Source: Candidatus Latescibacterota bacterium (lineage in GTDB: Bacteria > Krumholzibacteriota > Krumholzibacteriia > WVZY01). Taken from it: a stretch of DNA of 64,000 nt. Both the position numbers and the translations under genes were made by a program. Position 1 is the first letter of the stretch. Each line of letters begins with the position of its first letter. Location of the stretch: contig CAWBQK010000017.1 in assembly GCA_963791045.1 (NCBI GenBank), positions 204,078 through 268,077 of the forward strand. The letters run 5' to 3'. Under the pieces are notes generated by a model, which worked only from the letters and a program-made list of their open reading frames with translations, did not search any database and was not told where the DNA came from. Positions 9,179 to 17,027 of the stretch are shown piece after piece.

Positions 9179-9217
9179 ACGGAACCGGGTTCCGTCGTCT
9201 GGTGGAACCCGGTTCTC
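9179..9217. promoter_or_regulatory. two tandem near-identical palindromes (GGAACCGGGTTCC / GGAACCCGGTTCT): tRNA terminator hairpin or operator pair
   Basis: ACGGAAC-CGG-GTTCCGT at 9179-9195 (7-bp stem), then a second imperfect copy at 9204-9216. Located between tRNA-Ala and the next CDS. Confidence 0.3.
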
Positions 9218-9289
9218 CAGGGTTCACGCTCTCGGAGATGACCGAAGAGACAGGGTAATTGTCAAGGATCACGGGAGAGTGACTGATAC

Positions 9290-10729
9290 GTGGCGACGTT
9301 CGTTTGTATTTTCGAGGACAAGAAGTTTTCCAACTTCTTGCCGTTGTCGTTGAGCCAGCCTGTTTTCGATCTCCGCATTGGCTTCAATAACCTCCGTACA
9401 CGTCTTCAGGATGACATTGGATCTGAAAAATTGGGTGTACTCTGCCGCGATTATCTCGCGTCGGTCGTTGAGGCACGCGACGGGACAATCTTGGTAAACA
9501 AGGACCCGGAAGGCGAGTCGATTTTCATCAACGGCCGGCTCCTCTGCTATGCAGAGGAACTGGCGGAGATTCTGGAGAAAATTCCGAACGGCGGGATCGC
9601 CGTCAAGGGCGGCTACGTGGTTGCGGGCAAGCTCGAAGGGGAGGCGGCGACGGATTTTGCCGCGTACATCAAGCGGCGGATTTCCGAGGATACGATCGGC
9701 CAGCTTTGTGACGAGCTTAACGGCTATGTTACCACCGACGCGAAGAAGGAGAACGGAACCAAGAAGAAACGGACAGTCCCTCTTCAGGAAGCCGATGAAG
9801 GTACATACGAAGATGACCATGCGCTGGGTCAGGACAACCTGGCGGAAAAACTCCCAAAACAACTCCTCGATTTGATCGACAAGCACAACCTCAAAAGAGT
9901 GGATATGCCGGAGGCTCGGCTCTTGTCGTTCACCTGGCAGATGATCGAGGAGAACCCGAAGGTTATCGAGGACGATTTTCAAAAATCACCGTTTCGTGGA
10001 CAGTCGGAAGAAGCGGTGGTGTACCCGGGTGTGCGGATGGTGGGTGAGGAGAATATTCTCCTTGGCGAAGGTGTGGTGATCAAGCCGGGCGTGGTCCTCG
10101 ACGCGTCGTCGGGGCCGATCGTCATAAATGATGGAAGCACCATTATGGCAAATGCCCTGGTTCTCGGTCCAACCTATGTTGGGCGTGGAAGCATCATCAA
10201 AGCCGGGGCAAAGATACTTGAGGGTACCTCGGTGGGCGACGTGTGTAAGATCGGGGGCGAAGTCGATTCTACGATATTTGGGAACTGGACGAACAAACAG
10301 CATGACGGCTTCCTCGGTCATTCTTATCTCGGCGAATGGGTCAACATCGGGGCGGGTTCGAACAACAGCGATTTAAAAAACAATTACAGCGCGGTTCGAA
10401 TGTGGTGTGGGGGGATGATTAGGGAAACAGGCCGGCAGTTCCTCGGACTCATAATGGGTGACCACACGAAGGTGGGGATCGGAACACTCTTCAACTCCGG
10501 GACTGTCGTCGGTTTCAACTGCAATGTGTTCGGGAATGAAATGGTGCAAAAATTTGTCCCAAGTTATTCGTGGGGACACGGCCGAGGCGTGTCCGATTAC
10601 GCTCTTGAAAAAGCGATGCTGACGGCACAGGTAGTGATGGAAAGACGTGATGTGAAGTATGTGGAGGCATACCAAAACCTGTTTCAGAAGATTTCTGAAC
10701 TTTCTCAGCGGTCCGGCCGGAACATCTGA
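9290..10729 (+). CDS. putative sugar nucleotidyltransferase with C-terminal left-handed beta-helix (GlmU-like, alternative family)
   Basis: 479-aa ORF, GTG start. N-terminus MATFVCIFEDKKFSNFLPLSLSQPVFDLRIG resembles the nucleotidyltransferase fold entry. C-half carries hexapeptide repeats (GEGVVIKPGVVLD, GSIIKAGAKILEGTSVGDVCKIGG, GEWVNIGAGSN). Confidence 0.75.
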   Translation: MATFVCIFEDKKFSNFLPLSLSQPVFDLRIGFNNLRTRLQDDIGSEKLGVLCRDYLASVVEARDGTILVNKDPEGESIFINGRLLCYAEELAEILEKIPNGGIAVKGGYVVAGKLEGEAATDFAAYIKRRISEDTIGQLCDELNGYVTTDAKKENGTKKKRTVPLQEADEGTYEDDHALGQDNLAEKLPKQLLDLIDKHNLKRVDMPEARLLSFTWQMIEENPKVIEDDFQKSPFRGQSEEAVVYPGVRMVGEENILLGEGVVIKPGVVLDASSGPIVINDGSTIMANALVLGPTYVGRGSIIKAGAKILEGTSVGDVCKIGGEVDSTIFGNWTNKQHDGFLGHSYLGEWVNIGAGSNNSDLKNNYSAVRMWCGGMIRETGRQFLGLIMGDHTKVGIGTLFNSGTVVGFNCNVFGNEMVQKFVPSYSWGHGRGVSDYALEKAMLTAQVVMERRDVKYVEAYQNLFQKISELSQRSGRNI

Positions 10730-11348
10730 CCGCGGCAAACCCTTCCCGGTACTAACCCGATACGAAAAGATCCTACTCGATTTAACCACGCCGTCTGACG
10801 GCTCCACCGGCGATTTACTCCGCGTGCGCGATAGTCGTCGGTCATCCTCACCCAGATCCCTTGAATTCCTGGTACGCTCTATATCATTGAAAGAACAATA
10901 AGTTAGGCAACGATGATTTTTGTCCTGGGTGCAACCCCGCAGGGGCGTAGTACCGGCAGGGGCGCCGTTTTCGATGGAGATCTTACCTGCGTGTTCGTAA
11001 CTGTATGAATGCCAATCGGGTAGCATTGAGGCGGTGATAGCTTGTGTCGCGATGCGGCGCCTTTGATGCCGCGGCACGTACCTTGATATAGCCAGGGTGA
11101 CATCAAATAAGACCCTGCCTTACAGGTGAGTTGCTTTGGCATAGGCCCATTCCTCAAGGTAAATGCTGTTCAGCGAGTCCAGGCACACGGTAAGGCGGGG
11201 ATCTTTTTTTCCCCCTGAAATCCACTCCGACTCTCCGCAGCAACGACCTCGATTGACACCGTTTCCACCACTTTGCTATTGTAAGACTGTTCGTTCTCCC
11301 TGCTGACTGCTTCGGCGTAGTTATTATTTATCCGATAGAAGGCATTTC

Positions 11349-12195
11349 ATGGCTCAAAAAGGCAATCTCCTGTTTTTGGTTTTGTTTGGTATCGCACTCG
11401 CTGTGACGGTATTCGTGGCCATGGTGTATATCGCCTTTGTGTTCGTGTCGGACAGCGACGTGGCGTTCGGAGACGCAGTTGCCGTCGTCGACATCACCGG
11501 GGTGCTGAGTTACGATCTGAGCAAGATCCAGGAGATCGAGGGATACCGCGACAACGACAACGTCAAGGCCGTCTTGTTGTTCATAAATAGCCCCGGAGGT
11601 GGGGTCGCGGCCTCGCAGGCGCTCTACCACGCCGTTGAGACGTTGCGTGAGGTCAAACCCGTGGTCGCGATGATGGGATCCGTCGCGGCTTCCGGCGGAT
11701 ACTACGTGGCGTGCGCGGCGGACACGATCCTGGCCCACGAGGGAACGATTACAGGGAGCATTGGTGTATTGGCGGAGTATCTCCGTACGGAGGAGCTCTA
11801 TCACAAGATCGGGCTCGACGTCATCGTGCTCAAGTCGGGCAAAGTACAAGGATGTAGGATCGCAACACCGGGCGATGACCGGTGATGAAAAGGCCTACCT
11901 GGGGCAGCTCCTGGACACCGTCTACGACCAGTTCGTGGAGGCAGTGGCCGAGGGGCGGGGGATGAACGTTCGGCAGGTCCGACGGCTGGCCGAAGGCCGG
12001 CTATACTCCGGGGAAGAGGCCGTTGAGGTCGGTCTGGTGGATCAGATAGGAACGTACGAGATGGCGCTGGAAATCGCTGCCGAAATGGGGGGTATCGAGG
12101 GCAGTCCGCGGGTGTTGAAGAGACAGATCAGAAGGCCACTGGTGGAGAGGATTTTGGGGCAATCGGTGCCTGCCTTGCCGCTGACCGCGGGATGA
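11349..12195 (+). pseudogene. sppA: signal peptide peptidase SppA (36K type), reading frame broken by one extra nucleotide near 11841-11844
   Basis: ORF 11349-11885 carries the SppA core (FINSPGGGVAAS, GSVAASGGYYVA). It ends LKSGKVQGCR... while the +1 frame continues KYKDVGSQHRAMTGDEKAYLGQLLDTVYDQFV, the canonical SGKYKD..P..MT continuation, to 12195. Confidence 0.85.
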
Positions 12196-12234
12196 CCGGG
12201 TCAGCCTCAAATATATAATCCCGTAAATTATTAT

Positions 12235-12263
12235 TTGACACCACCTCACTTGTATGCTAGTTT
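12235..12263 (+). promoter_or_regulatory. candidate sigma-70-type promoter (TTGACA, 17 nt, TAGTTT) for the IHF/HU-bS22 operon
   Basis: Consensus -35 at 12235-12240, -10 at 12258-12263. Leaves a ~130-nt GC-rich leader before ATG 12403. Confidence 0.4.
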
Positions 12264-12402
12264 GTTGTCGCTGGCTGATCGGGTTCTATTTGCCCCGCCA
12301 CGAGGTGCAGCAGACCTCAGGTTAGACGAGTCGTCTATGGCCGGGGGGGCCGGAGCCGTCTTTCAGGGAGAGAAATCCCACAACAAGACGAGGTGAAGGA
12401 TA

Positions 12403-12690
12403 ATGACAAAAGCCGATTTGGTGGAAGAGATTTCGAGGCAAACGGGACTGAACAAAAAGGACACCAGCATCGTTGTAAACGAAATCATCGCAAACATTTG
12501 TCGTGCGCTTGCCGAAGGCGACAAAGTTGAGCTGCGTGGCTTTGGAAGTTTTAAAGTTAAAGAGCGTCGTGCTCGAAAAGCGAGAAACCCCAGAACGGGT
12601 GCGGGTGTCTTCGTTCCCGCCAAACTCGTTCCATACTTCAAAGCATCGAACGAACTGAAGTCGCGGGTCAATCACGACCAAAGCGAATAG
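12403..12690 (+). CDS. HU/IHF-family DNA-binding protein (IHF-like)
   Basis: 95 aa. MTKADLVEEISRQTGL...VELRGFGSFKVKERRARKARNPRTG...VPYFKASNELKSRVN matches the DNABII fold signature (RGFGSF, RNPxTG, proline in the arm). Confidence 0.9.
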   Translation: MTKADLVEEISRQTGLNKKDTSIVVNEIIANICRALAEGDKVELRGFGSFKVKERRARKARNPRTGAGVFVPAKLVPYFKASNELKSRVNHDQSE

Positions 12691-12711
12691 CATCGAAAGG
12701 GTTGCAAAGAT

Positions 12712-12804
12712 ATGCCTTGTGGGAGAAAAAGAAAAAGAAAAAAGATAGCGACTCACAAACGCAAGAAAAGATTGCGGAAGAACCGGCACAAGAAGAAGAA
12801 GTAA
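12712..12804 (+). CDS. 30-aa highly basic peptide resembling ribosomal protein bS22 (mS38/AURKAIP1-like)
   Basis: Below the ORF-track cut-off. ATG 12712 to TAA 12802-12804 encodes MPCGRKRKRKKIATHKRKKRLRKNRHKKKK, 21 nt after the IHF-like stop. The KxATHKRKKRLRKNRHKKK pattern is what I recall for bS22 of Bacteroidetes/Actinobacteria. Confidence 0.6.
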   Translation: MPCGRKRKRKKIATHKRKKRLRKNRHKKKK

Positions 12805-12869
12805 TACAACGCCGTTGATGCCGACTTATTCGGGTGGCATGAGCGTGTCGCCCTTTGAAATTACCGTCA

Positions 12870-12897
12870 GTTCAGCCGGCGCCTGGGTCGGCTGAAC
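12870..12897 (+). terminator. perfect 9-bp hairpin downstream of the bS22-like ORF (possible terminator, no U-tract)
   Basis: GTTCAGCCG (12870-12878) / 10-nt loop / CGGCTGAAC (12889-12897). Confidence 0.3.
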
Positions 12898-12935
12898 GTT
12901 GACGGTTATGCACTGAACATAACAGCGGTTTATAC

Positions 12936-13304
12936 ATGTCATCTGCAGAACGTCGAAAAGCAGTCAGAGCGCCCGCCAAGCTTGCCATGGAAATCAAGCT
13001 CGGGGGGGCGGACTTCGGCCAGCTCAAAACGATCAATGTGAGCGCAAACGGCGTGTACTTCTCGTCTCCCAGCTTTATCCCTCCTTTGACGCGGCTGGAG
13101 ATTATTCTGCTGATACCTGAAAAGCTCGATGGGTCTTCGTCGAAAAAGTGCGAGGTATCGTGCGAGGGCGTTGTTGTCCGTACGGAGCCCGAAGCTGAGG
13201 ACAAGGCCGTTTCCGCGTACGATGTAGCTTGTTATTTTACATCGATCACGGATCATGATCGCGGGCACCTCGAGTCATATATTCTCACCCAACTTTCTTT
13301 CTAA
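12936..13304 (+). CDS. PilZ-domain c-di-GMP receptor protein
   Basis: 122 aa. RxxxR motif in AERRKAVRAP and (D/N)xSxxG motif NVSANG about 25 aa later. Confidence 0.8.
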   Translation: MSSAERRKAVRAPAKLAMEIKLGGADFGQLKTINVSANGVYFSSPSFIPPLTRLEIILLIPEKLDGSSSKKCEVSCEGVVVRTEPEAEDKAVSAYDVACYFTSITDHDRGHLESYILTQLSF

Positions 13305-13451
13305 CAACAACTCACCCAGATTTGCCGGGCACAATTATCCGACCCCGGCGGACCTACGTCTTTTTCGGAGGATATTTGGGTTGATGCCCTGCGGATGGTG
13401 TGGTAAAGAACTATCCAGTGCTTGGAAGTCATTCCACTCGGCCAGCATGAA

Positions 13452-15575
13452 ATGGAGAGCATGGATCCCACCGAAGAATTCAACAAGTCCTTGACCAAAC
13501 AGGTGTTGCTCGTCTCGCGTGATGCGATTTGCGGGGAGGGCCTGAAGAATTTCCTCGAGGGCTCCGGTGTTGACGTCGGGATGGTTGATTCGGCGGTTCA
13601 AGCCTTCGATATCCTCGAGCACAGCGCGCACCATGTCGTTTTTGTCGATGCGGACTGCGTCGGCAAAGATACCGGACGATTCGTTTCGCAGCTTAGAAAA
13701 CGGCACCCCGACCGTGTGGTCATGGTCGCTGCTACCAGGCCCTCCAGCACGTTATTGATCAAATTGATTCATGCCGGCGTCCAGCATTTTGTTCCCAAGC
13801 CACTCGACGAGAAGAAGGTGGCGGGGACGGTGCGGACGATTTGTGAGAGGCGGGAGCAGGCCGCAGCCGCATTCATTGCCGGAAACAAATCGGGTTCCGC
13901 CATAACGAGTCGTCCCGGGGGCATGTCGAATGAAATTCACCTGGCCAATCAGCAGCTGCAGAACGCCAACGAGACGCTCCGAAAGCAAGTTTCCCAACTG
14001 ACGATTCTCTATCAGATGGGGAGAGATATTTCTGAGAACGAAAACTGGAGCGACGCCCTCGATCGTTTTCTTATGGCGCTGGTCAATTATGGAAAAGCGG
14101 ACGGTGCATCGTTACTTTTGTTTAGCGGAAATCAAACACGTCTCGCGCCGCGAACAAACTTTCAAATAGACCCGTTACAACTCGAACAGGTTTGCGACAC
14201 GCTGCTCGCCGAATGGGGGGAGAACCCGCGCGGTTCCGAAATCCATTCGATCGAGAGCTACGAAGATAGGATATTCAATACGTGTCTTGAAAGGTTAAAC
14301 CGCTGGCGTATGACGATTGTCCCCCTCAGGTACAGAAACCGCTGGTGGGGATTCCTTCTCGTAGAAAAAACCTACAAATCGAGTCATCAATTCCGGATTG
14401 ACTACCCGTTTCTCACCACAATCCAAACGATCCTCGCCGAAGAAGTGGCGAACGCGTCCTATATTAGCGATCTTCGTCAACTCACTCGCTTCAACCAGAA
14501 TGTCCTCGACAACATAAACAGTGGAGTGATTACCACCGATCTGGACGGATATGTTTTGTTCTGGAATCATCTCGCGCACCAGATGTGTCCAAAACTTGTT
14601 GGCGGCAGTCGAGTTCACTTTGATGAGCTTTTCAGGCACCCTGACTTTCCTTCCGGGATAACGGACGGAATGATGGGTTCGGATGCCGACACGCGTTCAC
14701 TCGAGGTCGTTTACCTTGGGGATCGAGACCAGGAATACCCCGCGCGGATAAGCATTGCGAGAATGCACGACGACAATTTGAACGGAACGGTCCTCGTGGG
14801 GATTTTTGAGGATCTGACGGAACAGAGACGGCTCGAAGCGGCGGTGCGCAGGAACGATCGGCTTCGCGTCCTTGGTCAGCTTTCGGCAAGCGTGGCCCAC
14901 GAAATCAGAAACCCGCTCACGGGAATTGCGACCAGCGCCGAGATACTTGGGAAACGAGTCGGCGAAGAGAACACAAAGTATGTGCGGGCGATCCTGGACG
15001 AAACCAATCGGCTCGACGGCATTATCCGGGATCTGCTCAATTTCGCCAGGCCGGCGAAACCGCAGATGGGTCCGTGCGCGTTGGGAGACGTTTCGGGGCG
15101 GGTGATTAATCTCGTTTCCGACCAGGCGGCAAAAAAAGGTGTGGATATAAACGTTCAGGATGAGCTCGACAACGATATGTGTACGGCCGACGCAAACCAG
15201 CTTACACAAGTTCTGCTCAACCTGGTATTGAACGCCGTCGACGTGTGTTCCGATGGCGATTGTGTCGAGATATCTCTGAGCAGGGAAGCGGCGGCTGGAG
15301 ATCAGAGTCACGGATACGCGCGAATCGATGTGTCGGACACCGGTCCCGGTGTTCCTGATACCATTCGCGGCACGCTGTTCGATCCATTTGTAACAACAAA
15401 GACTCATGGAACCGGGCTTGGGTTGGCGATAAGTCAGCAGATCGTCGAGGAGCACCGGGGAGAGATTCGGTGTGAGTTCTTGAAGAACGGAACACGTTTC
15501 ACTATCCGTTTGCCTCTCGAAAAAACGAAGTTCGTTTCGAAGGGGCACGTAAATCGTAAAGCAGGGGAGCATTGA
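13452..15575 (+). CDS. hybrid sensor histidine kinase (REC-like, GAF/PAS, HisKA, HATPase_c)
   Basis: N-terminal receiver-like domain (VLLVSRD, VVFVDAD, VPKPL); middle GAF/PAS-like region; H-box SASVAHEIRNPLTGI; N box LNLVLNAVD; G boxes DTGPGVP and GTGLGLAIS. Start taken at the first ATG (13452) within ORF 13422..; uncertain by about 10 codons. Confidence 0.9.
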   Translation: MESMDPTEEFNKSLTKQVLLVSRDAICGEGLKNFLEGSGVDVGMVDSAVQAFDILEHSAHHVVFVDADCVGKDTGRFVSQLRKRHPDRVVMVAATRPSSTLLIKLIHAGVQHFVPKPLDEKKVAGTVRTICERREQAAAAFIAGNKSGSAITSRPGGMSNEIHLANQQLQNANETLRKQVSQLTILYQMGRDISENENWSDALDRFLMALVNYGKADGASLLLFSGNQTRLAPRTNFQIDPLQLEQVCDTLLAEWGENPRGSEIHSIESYEDRIFNTCLERLNRWRMTIVPLRYRNRWWGFLLVEKTYKSSHQFRIDYPFLTTIQTILAEEVANASYISDLRQLTRFNQNVLDNINSGVITTDLDGYVLFWNHLAHQMCPKLVGGSRVHFDELFRHPDFPSGITDGMMGSDADTRSLEVVYLGDRDQEYPARISIARMHDDNLNGTVLVGIFEDLTEQRRLEAAVRRNDRLRVLGQLSASVAHEIRNPLTGIATSAEILGKRVGEENTKYVRAILDETNRLDGIIRDLLNFARPAKPQMGPCALGDVSGRVINLVSDQAAKKGVDINVQDELDNDMCTADANQLTQVLLNLVLNAVDVCSDGDCVEISLSREAAAGDQSHGYARIDVSDTGPGVPDTIRGTLFDPFVTTKTHGTGLGLAISQQIVEEHRGEIRCEFLKNGTRFTIRLPLEKTKFVSKGHVNRKAGEH

Positions 15576-15576
15576 T

Positions 15577-16962
15577 ATGGCGAAACTGATTCTTGTCGTT
15601 GACGACGAAAAAACGATCCGTTGGTCCCTTGGAGAAGCGCTCAAGGAAGATGGGTACGAAGTGGTCGAAGCCGAGAACGGCGAGAAGGGGCTGGAGTTCT
15701 TCAAGGACCGCTCGCCGGACCTCATACTGCTCGACCTGAGGCTGCCGGGTGAAGACGGCATATCGATTTTGAAGAAAATCAGAAGCGTAGATTCCGATGT
15801 TCCCGTGATCATGATGACCGCGTACGGCGAGGTTGAGACCGCCGTTGACGCGATGAAGTCGGGAGCGTACGACTTCGTTCTAAAACCATTTGCCCTGGAA
15901 AAACTCAAGATTACGATCAAGAATGCGCTCGAAGTTCAGGGCCTCAAGGATGAGATCGCTTATCTCAAGAAAAGATCAACGCCCCGGATTGGGTTCAAGG
16001 AGTTTATAGGCCAGAGCGCTCAGATGAAGGAGATTTTTACGAAGCTTCAGAAAATCGGGAAAAGCAAGGCCAATACGATCTTGATCACCGGTGAAAGCGG
16101 GGTTGGAAAAGAACTCGTGGCGAGGACGGTTCACAGCTGCAGCCATGAAGCACCGCGACCGTTTATGGAGATCAACTGTGCGTCGGTTCCGGAAACGCTT
16201 CTCGAAAGCGAATTGTTTGGTTATGAAAAAGGAGCCTTCACCGACGCGAAGACAAGAAAAAAGGGACTCGTCGAACTTGCCGAGGGCGGGACACTTTTTC
16301 TCGACGAGATCGGCGAGATGGGAATTACGCTGCAGTCGCGGTTGCTTCGCGTCATCGAGAACAAGACATTCCGGCGCGTCGGCGGTGTTCAGGATCTCAT
16401 GGTGAACACAAGAATCGTTGCGGCCACCAACAGGGATCTCGAGAAAGAGATCGAAGACAAGACCTTTCGCAAGGATTTGTACTATCGGCTGAAGGTGATT
16501 CCTGTCCACGTTCCTCCACTGCGTGAAAGAAGGGACGACGTCCCCCTCCTTGTGAACTTTTTTGTCGACCGGTTCAACCGCGAACTGGGCAAAAAGGTCA
16601 ATCCGGTGGGACGAGAAGCGATGGAAGCGCTCGTCGCGTACGACTGGCCCGGAAACGTCAGGGAACTCAAGAATGTAATTGAACGTGCGATGCTGCTCGA
16701 CGCGGACACGGACATTCTCCTCGAGCATCTTCCGGGAGAAATCTACAACGGCGACACTGTTCAAACCGGCTCTGATAAGGCGGCAAGTGTTTTGACGAGT
16801 TTCTTCCCGATGACCCTTCGTGAAATAGAGAAGATACAGATCGAGCGGACGCTCGAGCAGACCAACGGAAACAAGTCCAAAGCAGCCAATATTCTTGGAA
16901 TCTCGCGCCAGACCCTTCGGGAAAAGCTAAAACAATTCCAGGCGGCGCAAAAGACCGAATAG
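15577..16962 (+). CDS. sigma-54-dependent response regulator (NtrC/AtoC family)
   Basis: REC (LVVDDE, LILLDLRLPGEDG, VLKPF). AAA+ domain (GESGVGKE, TLFLDEIGEM, and GAFTDA in place of GAFTGA). Fis-type HTH AANILGISRQTLREKL. Starts 1 nt after the kinase stop. Confidence 0.9.
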   Translation: MAKLILVVDDEKTIRWSLGEALKEDGYEVVEAENGEKGLEFFKDRSPDLILLDLRLPGEDGISILKKIRSVDSDVPVIMMTAYGEVETAVDAMKSGAYDFVLKPFALEKLKITIKNALEVQGLKDEIAYLKKRSTPRIGFKEFIGQSAQMKEIFTKLQKIGKSKANTILITGESGVGKELVARTVHSCSHEAPRPFMEINCASVPETLLESELFGYEKGAFTDAKTRKKGLVELAEGGTLFLDEIGEMGITLQSRLLRVIENKTFRRVGGVQDLMVNTRIVAATNRDLEKEIEDKTFRKDLYYRLKVIPVHVPPLRERRDDVPLLVNFFVDRFNRELGKKVNPVGREAMEALVAYDWPGNVRELKNVIERAMLLDADTDILLEHLPGEIYNGDTVQTGSDKAASVLTSFFPMTLREIEKIQIERTLEQTNGNKSKAANILGISRQTLREKLKQFQAAQKTE

Positions 16963-16980
16963 GAATGACCGGGTTTTGCT

Positions 16981-17009
16981 TTGACAAAATGTCAGGTTTT
17001 TCTTATCGT
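16981..17009 (+). promoter_or_regulatory. candidate sigma-70-type promoter (TTGACA, 17 nt, TATCGT)
   Basis: Located between the two activator genes, 19 nt upstream of TTG 17028. Pattern only. Confidence 0.35.
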
Positions 17010-17027
17010 GAAAAACGGTGAAACCCG

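Noticed and set aside
10373-11077. 234-aa minus-strand ORF spanning the end of the nucleotidyltransferase gene and part of the 620-bp gap
   Set aside because: Half of it is antisense to a well-supported CDS. The remainder has no protein-like composition, and there is no SD or start context.
10730-11348. RNase P RNA, tmRNA, SRP RNA or a common riboswitch in the large gap
   Set aside because: GAGGAATGGGCC...GGCAGGGT on the minus strand superficially recalls RNase P CR-I/P4, but the universal GAGGAAAGTCC and ACAGAA..CCCGGCTTA elements are absent. A TCCACCA at 11262-11268 has no preceding T-arm, so not tmRNA. There is no GGAAGCAGCC SRP core. The region is kept only as an unassigned candidate.
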